Assembly (NCBI RefSeq): GCF_009914755.1
Contig: NC_060935.1
Strand: one strand, 5' to 3'
Source: the human T2T-CHM13v2.0 reference genome, Homo sapiens
Length of the DNA stretch: 64,000 nt
Shown here: one piece after another, positions 52,454 through 64,000 of the stretch
Position numbering within the stretch: position 1 is the stretch's first letter
Layout of the letters: each line of letters starts with the position of its first letter
Translations under genes and position numbers: made by a program
The notes under the pieces: model-generated
Database searches by the model: none
The model's input: the letters and a program-made list of their open reading frames with translations, nothing else
What the model was told of the DNA's origin: nothing

Positions 52454-54712
52454 GCACCAGCTCTTGTCATCACCCTCACTGAGCCCCGCCTATGTTTAAC
52501 CATTGAGGACCAGGAAATTGACTTCCTCCTGGACACTGGTGTGGCCTTCTCAGTGTTAATCTCCTATCCTGGATGACTGTCCTCAAGGTCCATTACCATC
52601 TGAGGAATCCTGGGACAGCCTGTAACCAGGTATTTCTCCCACCTCCTCTGTTGTAATTGGGAGACTTTGCTCTTTTCACATGCCTTTCTTGTTATGCCTG
52701 AAAGTTCCACACCCTTATTAGGGAGGGATATGTTAGCCAAAGCTGGAGCTATTATCTACATGAATATGGGGAACAAGTTACCCATTCGTTGTCCCCTACT
52801 TGAGGAGAGTCTCAACCCTGAAGTCTGGGCATTGGAAGGACAATGTGGAAGGGCAAAAAAATGCCCACCCAGTCCAAATCAGGCTAAAAGATCCCACCAC
52901 TTTTCCTTATCAAAGACAATATCCCTTAAGGCCTGAAGTTCATAAAGGATTACAGGATATTGTTAAACATTTAAAAGCTCAAGGCTTAGTAAGGAAATAC
53001 AGCAGTCCCTGCAACACCCCAATTCTATGAGTACAAAAACCAAATGATCAGTGGAGACTAGTGCAAGATTTTAGACTCATCAGTGAGGCAGTAATTCCTC
53101 TATATCCAGTTGTACCCAACCCCTATACCCTGCTCTCTCAAATACCAGAGGAAGCAAAATGGTTCACTGCTCTGGACCTCAAGGATGCCTTCTTCTGTAT
53201 TCCCCTGCACTCTGACTCCCAGTTTCTCTTTGCCTTTGAGGATCTCACAGACCACACATCCCAACTTACGTGGACCATCTTGCCCCAAGGGTTTAGGGAT
53301 AGCCCTCATCTCTTTGGTCAGGCACTGGCTCAAGATCTAGGCCACTTCTCAAGTCCAGGCACTCTGGTCCTTCAGTATGTGGATGATTTACTTTTGGCTA
53401 CCAGTTCAGAAGCCTCATGCCAGCAGGCTACTCTAGATTTCTTGAGCTTTCTAGCAAATCAAGGGTACGAGGCATCTAGGTCGAAGGCCCAGCTTTGCCT
53501 ACAGCAGGTCAAATATCTAGGCCTAATCTTAGCCAGAGGAACCAGGGCCCTCAGCAAGGAATGAATACAGCCTATACTGGCTTATCCTTGCCCTAAGACA
53601 TTAAAACAGTTGCGGGGGTTCCTTGGAATCACCGATTTTGCTGACTATGCATCCCTGGATACAGTGAGATATCCAGGCCCCTCTATACTCTAATCAAGGA
53701 GACCCAGAGGGCAAATACTCATCTAGTAGAATGGGAACCAGGGGCAGGAACAGCCTTCAAAACCTTAAAGCAGGCACTAGTACAAGCTCCAGCTTTAAGC
53801 CTTCCACAGGACAAATCTTCTCTTTATACGTAACAGAGGAGCTGGGATAGCTCTTGCAGTCTTTACTCAGACTCATGGGACATCCCCACAACCAGTGGCA
53901 TACCTAAGTAAGGAAATTGATGTAGTAGCAAAAGGCTGGCCTCACTGTTTATGTGTAGTTGTGGCAGTGGCCATCTCAGTGTCAGAGGCTATAAAAATAA
54001 TACAAGGAAAGGATCTCACTGTCTGGACCATTCATGATGTAAATGGCATACTAGGTGCCAAAGGAAGTTTATGGCTATCAGACAACTGCCTACTTAGATA
54101 CCAAGTGCTACTCCTTGAGGGACCGGTGCTTCAAATACGTACGTGTGTGGCCCTCAACCCTGCCACTTTTCTCCCAGAGGATAGGGAACCAATTGAGCAT
54201 GACCACCAACAAATTATAGTCCAGACTTATGCCACCCGAGATGGTCTCTTAGAAGTCCCCTTAGTTAGTTCTGACCTTAACCTATATACCAATGGAAGTT
54301 CATTTGTGAAGAATGGGATATGAAGGGCAGGTTATGCCATAGTTAGTAACGGTACTTGAAAGTAAGCCTCTTCCCCCAGGGACCAGCTCCCAGTTAGCAG
54401 AACTAGTGGCACTTACCTGAGCCTTAGAACTGGGAAAAGGAAGAAGAATAAATGTGTGTACAGTTAGCAAGTATGCTTATCTAATCCTACATGCCCATGC
54501 TGCAATATGGAAAGAAAGGGAGTTCCTAACCTCTGGGGGAACCCTCATTAAATACCACAAGGAAATTATGGAGTTATTGAATGCAGTGCAAAAACCCAAG
54601 GAAGTGGCAGTCTTACACTGCCAAAGCCATCAGAAAAGTGAAGGACAAAAGGCAGAAGGAAACCGTCAGGCAGATGCTGAGGCCAAAATTGCTGCCAGGT
54701 GGAACCTCCCAT
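52454..54712 (+). pseudogene. pol: ERV9 pro-pol remnant (protease, RT, RNase H; integrase absent)
   Basis: LLDTG at ~52526, LDLKDAFF, LPQGFRDSP, QYVDDLLL, RNase H HCQSHQ...GNRQAD; stops and frameshifts. Confidence 0.9.
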
Positions 54713-56607
<1,895 letters not shown>

Positions 56608-56663
56608 AGTGGTCATCACCCAATTCCCAACAGCAGTTGGGGTGTCTTGTTAAGTGGGGAGAT

Positions 56664-57327
56664 TGAGAGGTGAAGCCAGCTGGGCTTCTGGGTTGGGTGG
56701 GGACTTGGAGAACTCTTCTGTCTAGCTAGAGGATTGTAAACACACCAATCAGTGCTATGTGTCTAGCTAGAGGTTTGTAAATGCACCAATCAGCACTCTG
56801 TAAAAACGGACCAATCAGCACTCTGTAAAATGGACCAATCAGTAGGATGCGGGCAGGGCCAAATAAGGGAATAAAAGCTGGCCACCTGAGTCAGCAGTGG
56901 CAACCCACTCGGGTCCCCTTCCATGCTGTGGAAGCTTTGTTCTTTCACTCTTCACAATAAATCTTGCTGCTGCTCACTCTTTGGGTCCACACCACCTTTA
57001 TGAGCTGCAACACTCACTGCGAAGGTCTTCAGCTTCACTCCTGAAGTCAGCGAGACCACGAACCCATGGGGAGGAACAATCGACTTCAGACATGCCACCT
57101 TTAAGAGCTGTAACACTCACTGCGAAGGTCTGTGGCTTCACTCCTGAAGTCAGCAAGACCACGAACCCACTGGAAGGAAGAAATTTCGGACACATCTGAA
57201 CATCTGAATGAACAAACTCTGGACACGCCATCTTTAAGAACTGTAACACTCACTGTGAGGGTTCATGGGTTCATTCTTGAAGTCAGCAAGACCAAGAACC
57301 CACCAGAAGGAACCAATTCCGGACACA
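56664..57327 (+). mobile_element. ERV9 3' LTR (short LTR12-family), complete
   Basis: Purine tract then tgagaggtgaagcc through ggacaca; four CCAATCAG boxes, AATAAA TATA-like box at ~56870, poly(A) signal at ~56955, U5 tandem units. Confidence 0.9.
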
Positions 57328-57558
57328 GACTCACTGCAACCTCCACCTCCTGGATTCAAGTGATTCTCCTGCCTCGGACTCCGGAGTAGCTGTGCCTACA
57401 GGCACAAGCCACCACACACGGCTAATTTTTTGTATTTTTAGTAGAGATGGGGTTTCACCATGTTGCTCAGGCTGGTCTCCAACTCCTGAGCTCAAGTGAT
57501 CCACCTGTCTCGGCCTCCCAAAGTGTTGGGATACATGTGTGAGCCACTGTGCCCGGCC
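57328..57558 (-). mobile_element. AluS-type element missing its 3' part (ERV9 integration target)
   Basis: Begins abruptly at gactcactgcaacc directly after the LTR CA. Confidence 0.9.
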
Positions 57559-57562
57559 TCCT

Positions 57563-57843
57563 CTGGATTAGTTCTTACAGGAATAGATTAGTTCTTGCTC
57601 GAGCAAGTTGTTATAAAAGTGAGGTTGCCTCTAGTGTTTTGCATCCTCACATATGTCTGCTTACCTCTTGACCTCTCTCTGTGTTATGACCCAGCACAAA
57701 AGCCCTTACCAGAAGCCAAGCAGATGCTGATGCCACACCCCTTGGACTTCTCAGTCTACAGAGCCATGAAACGAATAAACCTCTCTTTATAAATTATCCA
57801 GCTTCAGGTATTCTGTTATAGCAACACAAAATGGACGAAGACA
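57563..57843 (+). mobile_element. MST (MSTB-like) LTR, 3' half
   Basis: Ends gcaacacaaaatggacgaagaca; right TSD actac at 57844-57848 matches 42188-42192. Confidence 0.85.
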
Positions 57844-58194
57844 ACTACCTTATCATAATAATACTATGATAGTCAAAATAGATAATGTCTGTTAAAATGC
57901 TTAAACAGTTTACACACGTTATTTTTACCTCATTAGAGTGATTTATTATTCATTAATATGTAGAGCGGCATTAAGGTATAACAACATAAACATTGAGATC
58001 ATTAATCAAGGGTCCTGAGATTCTACTCTTGTTCTCCATAAATTAGCTGAGTAAATATGGTAAGTCATTTAACATTTGGGCTTCAGGTTTCTTAATCTAT
58101 AAAAATGACAAAGTATCATTTAGAACCTTCTAGCTAGGAAATATATCATTTTGTGATCTCCTAAATCTAGTTTTTTTCTCACATACTGGCTCTA

Positions 58195-58483
<289 letters not shown>

Positions 58484-60182
58484 ACTTTAAGTTTTCTCTA
58501 TTAAGAGACTGTTGCATTTTCCCCCTTTGCTCATGCCTTGCTGAATGAGTTGAGTGCACATACATGATTATTACAAAGTACAACATGCTTAGGAAAATCT
58601 GTGACAAATAGAGGAATCTTTTTTCTTTTGAAACTTTCACTTATTTTGTTTTGTTTAGTTTTGAGTAGGCAATGCATTTACATTGCCCAAATTTAAAACA
58701 CTATCACAAGTCACACAATGAGGAGTCCAACTTCCTACCTTACCTGTCTACCCTTTTTCCTGCTCCCATTTTTTCCTATCTATCCTTCCAGTGTTTTTCT
58801 ATGCCAAGTTCAAATGATATAAATATAAATTTTCTTATTTTCTCCCTTTTCCTGTTAGACATTTCACTTTTTTCACTTAATAGTATATTCTGGAAATTAC
58901 CATACATCAGTACACAGTGAGCCACCTTCTCTCTAGTTTTTTTTCAGCTTCATATTATTCAATTGTGGGGCAGAACCATAGTTTATTGAATGAATCTCCT
59001 AAAGAAGGACACTTGTTTCTAACATTTTGCTATTGCAGAAAATGCTGCAAATAAATAACACTGTGCAGACTTCATTTTATATTATGTACAGGTGGATCTG
59101 TAGAATACATTCCCAGAAGTGGGAACCCTAGGTTAAAGAGTAAATTAATTTGCGCATTAAAAAAATGTCATATTGGCCTTAACAAAATTGAGACTATTTT
59201 GCACAACTAGCAATGTATCAGAGTGCCTGTTTTCCAACAGCCTCACCAACACAATGTGTTCAAATGTTGAATTTTTAAATAATCTGATAGGAAAAATGAC
59301 ATGCAGAGTGATTTTAATTTGCGTGAAGAAGCTTTTAAAGAAAGAGTTGAGAAGTTGAAATTTAAGGTGAGTTTTGATAGATTCTTCAAAGTGTCCCCCA
59401 AATAGGAAGCTTCACAGTTAATGTTTAAAACCTCTTGTAAATAACAATTGGCATTGAAAGAAAGCAAAATATTACTTTGTAATCCGAAGTATATTGTCAG
59501 CCAAGTTCAAGGAAGCTTGGTAATTGCTCAATCTTAAATTACTCAATCTTAAACCAGAGAGATGAAGTGGTGCATTCGTGACCACTGGCCTTGAACTGTT
59601 AACTCTCCCAGCGCTGTTAACAGGAGTTTCTTCATTGTTGGGCTCTTATCCATCCTTCATATTAGTAATTCCAAATTAATAACTGCATATTAATAAACTC
59701 CAAAGGTGACATTACACATATCTGATGTCTTGAACAAATATCCTAGAGCAAAGTGGCAGAAACAAGATGAGAAACAGAGCTGGAGGAAATTTTGTTTTAT
59801 ATTGAGTCAATTAAACTCCCTCTCTCCCTGTTTCTCTTTCTTTCTCTCTCTCTCTCTCTCCACATGCACACACCAGCAGAAGCATTTCTTTCAGATTCAA
59901 AGAAGTGGAAATGTGTGCATTCCATTCTATTTTCCTCTCAACTCTAAAGGTAAATAAATCAATTTTAAGGAGTTGAATGCTATATAAAATATGTACTATA
60001 CCTGCTGTGTTTACATGTTATAAAAACTACTATACCAAAGGCTATCTAATATCATTTCTTTTGGTGACACCCCAAACCTCATTTAATTTAAATATACACT
60101 GTACTTTAGTTTATTCATCAGTAAAATGGTAAGGATGCTGATCCCCACCTTATAGGGTTTTTGGTGAAGATTAAATAAGTCA

Positions 60183-60494
<312 letters not shown>

Positions 60495-60834
60495 TCAAAA
60501 CATGTAAAGCATCTAGAAGAATGCATGGCATACAGTAAACACTCAACACATGGTAGCTATTATTATATTTATTCTTTTATTAGTGAAAATTTTCCTATGA
60601 CTGCAGACTCTTTGGATATAGTACTTATGGCAGGCATCACACACATTATTTCTAATGTGTATGTTGAGGAAAGTCTTGAAACCTTAATTAATGCACAGTT
60701 GTCAGAAAAAGCTTGGAAAGTGGAAAAATGAACGAATATACAATTTTGTATATTTGTGTTACAATTCTGTCCTTAGAAAGGACTCTCTCATGGTTAGTGT
60801 CAATGCTGAACTTGTTTGATACATAAACCCAAGT

Positions 60835-61314
60835 ACCGGAGGCAAAATAATGGTCCCATAGATGTCCATGCCCTAATCCTTGAAATTTGTGAATATGCTC
60901 CTTAACATGGCTAACATCCTAAACATTTCACAGATGTGATTCAGGGTAGAGACCTTGAGATAGGAGATTATCTTGGATTATCAGCCAGGGCCCAAATTAA
61001 TCACAAGCCTTTAAAAGCAGAGAAGTTTTCTTGCTGAGGTCAGAGAGATATGATGACAGAAGAAGGGTCAGGGAGATGTGAGGGGAGGACTTGACTAGCT
61101 AGTTGGCTTTGAAGATAGAGGAAGTAATCCAAGAACACATATAGCCTCTTGAAGCCAGAAAAGACAAGGAAACAAATTCTGTCCTGGAGCCTCCAGAAAG
61201 GAGTACAGCCCACCTGATGCCTTGATTTTAGCCCAGTGAGGCCTGTTGCAGATTTCTGACCTACATAACTGTAAAATAATACATTTGTTACAGTAGCAAT
61301 AGAGAATGAATACA
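60835..61314 (+). mobile_element. MLT1C/D-type (MaLR) solo LTR
   Basis: aataatggtcccatagatgtccatgccctaatcc start and agtagcaatagagaatgaataca end. Confidence 0.75.
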
Positions 61315-61725
61315 CCACAGTAGCAATCTTTTGCAAGGACATGAAACTTAAGTCCACGTATTACATGTTTTGTACTAAAAAAATTAAAATGAAACATGCC
61401 AGGAAGGAATAAATGGCACCACATACTACACATTCATCTGAACCACAGATGAATTAGGTGCACAATATTCTAATTTTTATTCTATAAACAATTTGAGATG
61501 ACTTAGTCCAGGTCTGAGGCTAAAGAAAACTTTTGAGCTATGGGCAAGAAAATCAAATCACTGCTATCACTCAAGGGCAATGCCAAATCTGTTTCAACTG
61601 GGACTTTCACACATAGATGCACACATGCACTGGGTGGTTTTCTTATTCCTGGTGAAAATGGATCTTTGGAAACTCTTGGCAAGAAATAGTTTGGCTCAAA
61701 TTTCCAAAATTAAAAATATAGCCTA

Positions 61726-61997
<272 letters not shown>

Positions 61998-62049
61998 CTA
62001 TGGCCTATACTACATTTCTAAAATTGTAGAGTTAAAGAAGTTTCAGACC

Positions 62050-62349
62050 TTTTTTTTTTTTTTTTTTTTTGAGACGGAGTCTTGCTCTTGTCGCCCAGCT
62101 GGTGTGCAATGGCAGGATCTCGGCTCACTGCAACCTACGTCTCCCAGGTTCAAGCCATTCTCCTGCCTCAGCCTCCTGAGTAGCTGGGATTACAGGTGCC
62201 CACCACCACGCCCGGTTAATTTTTGTATTTTTGGTAGAGACGGGGTTTTGCCATGTTGGCCAGGCTGGTCTTGAACTCCTGACCTCGTGATCTGCCTGCC
62301 TCGGCCTCCCAAAGTGCTGGGATTACAGGTGAGAGCCACTGTGACGGCC
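62050..62349 (-). mobile_element. AluS-type element
   Basis: Poly-T followed by a reverse dimer. Confidence 0.95.
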
Positions 62350-63324
62350 ATTTTTTTCTGACTTAAATAACATTGTGCAGTTCACTTTTATTAATTAATA
62401 ATGAGAGTATCAATTAAGAGCTACTAATCCATGTTTCCATGCTGCGGTGCAAGATAGTACTGAAAACATAATATGCCAACCTTAAAATATCAAAACTCTC
62501 TACAGAGCTCAGGGGTAGTTAGCCCACATATAAATCCATTTCAAAAGTTTCTATCCATTTTCTGAAGTACTTAAACTTTAGAATGGAGGTGGGTAAATAG
62601 CCTTTATTCTAGCTTATTTCAACTACATTGTGGTCGCTATGATACCGATTTTTTGAGACTTACTGAAACTTTATTACCCAGTACATTGTCCATTTTTGTA
62701 AGTGTTCCCTCTGTGTTTACTGGGGAATTGGATTATTTGTTAAGTAAAGGTTAGTATATGTGTCAAGTTTTCTACATTCTTACTTAATGTTTGATCTATT
62801 ACTGAGAGTGGTATGTCAAAAAATCTCTGAATGTGATTGTATATTTGTCTATTTTTCCGTGTAATTCTGTCATGTATATGTGTACATACACACACACACA
62901 TATAGATTAGATAATTGCAGACTTAGAGTTGCTATATATTCCAGGTTAGTTTAAATGTTTAACATTACATATGAATACATTTATCCTTTATAATGCATTT
63001 TCTCCTTGAAAGTCCATTTAATCAGACAGCAATATAGCAAACTAGCTTTATTTTCATTGTATTTACCTAGTATTTCTTTTTCTATTATTTGATATTCAAC
63101 CTTTCTGTGTCTTTATATTTTTGATGTGTCTTTCCTAAATGTGGTAGAGTCAGATTTTTTTCATCCTAAATGAAAATCAACTTTTTCATTGGTGCTTTTA
63201 ACCTACTGACTTTTGATATATTTGACCTTATTTTCAACAATTCATTTCATGCTTTTTAAAATATGTGCTTTTACTATGATGTTTTTCCCTCCTTCTCTTC
63301 TTTCTTTTGGAGTTCAAGTGATGT

Positions 63325-63790
63325 ATTTGTCAGGATAGACGCTGAACTGCTGTAACAAGGAGACTTTAAAATAAGTATCTTAACTGGGAGAAATGTTTAT
63401 CCTCTCCCATGCGACAATTCAGAATAGGCTGGGGCTTGGGCACTGTGCCTTCAACAGTGGTGGGCGGCTCTGCTTCATGAGGTCATGCAGGGACCCAGGT
63501 TCGTGGATTGGCTCTGCCATCTTGTTTAGCTTTCATTCTTGGATCTCATGTGATCACTCCAGTTGCCATTTTCTAGCCAATGGGAAAGAAAATTTAGAGG
63601 AAAACAAGTAGCTTTCTTGTAAAATGGTTATCTGGTTGCATTCATCACTTCTACTTGCATCCCATGAGCAAAAACTTTGTTATAGGAACATACCTATCTG
63701 TAGCAGAAGCTGGGAAAGATGGTCTCTGGCTAGTAAGCCATGTGCTCCACTAAAATTCATGGTATTCCATTATTAAAAGGAGGAAAGGGA
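63325..63790 (-). mobile_element. Old MLT1-type (MaLR) LTR
   Basis: gtcaggatagacgctgaactgctgtaacaa and cacttctacttgcatcccat motifs. Confidence 0.5.
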
Positions 63791-64000
63791 GAAAGCATCT
63801 TGCCAATAACACTCATTAGCTCTTGTTACTCTGTTCCTGTTCCACATGAATGTTGGTCCAGTAATATAGTTCTATCTTGCTCTTTAAAAAACACCCTATG
63901 ATGAAATCATAGTTGTTGTCATTGTTTTCCAATTGATCATTGCTTAGATTTACCCACATTGTTGCTAATTTTTTGTATATCATTTTTTCTTGCCTCTTTG

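Noticed and set aside
56990-57327. Regularly spaced repeats resembling a CRISPR array
   Set aside because: These are the normal tandem U5 units of LTR12, with no unique spacers and no cas genes, in primate DNA.

Overview
Primate DNA, most likely human given an AluYa5-type insertion. The 64 kb window is very repeat-dense (about 45 Alu copies or fragments plus MIR, L2, old L1M and MaLR/ERV solo LTRs) and I recognise no intact host protein-coding exon. Most short ORFs in the track are Alu or L1 translations. The main elements are: an ~810 bp mRNA 3'-UTR-like retrocopy with 21-bp target-site duplications (TSDs) at 10318-11126; a full-length, inactive, minus-strand L1PA4/5-age LINE-1 at 32664-38778 with an open, extended antisense ORF0; and a ~15.6 kb nested stack at 42193-57843. 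In that stack an MST LTR is split by an L1MA, which holds a HERV-K9/HML-3 provirus 5' half fused to an ERV9 provirus across a deletion junction. The junction carries a 22-nt insert copied from ERV9 gag, and a young AluYa5-type element interrupts ERV9 env. A few unique segments have splice signals that suggest exons of a plus-strand, probably non-coding, host transcript. I see no evidence of a new enzymatic or defence system; the novelty is structural and regulatory. Subfamily names are from recalled consensus sequences and boundaries were read by eye, so both need RepeatMasker/Dfam confirmation.
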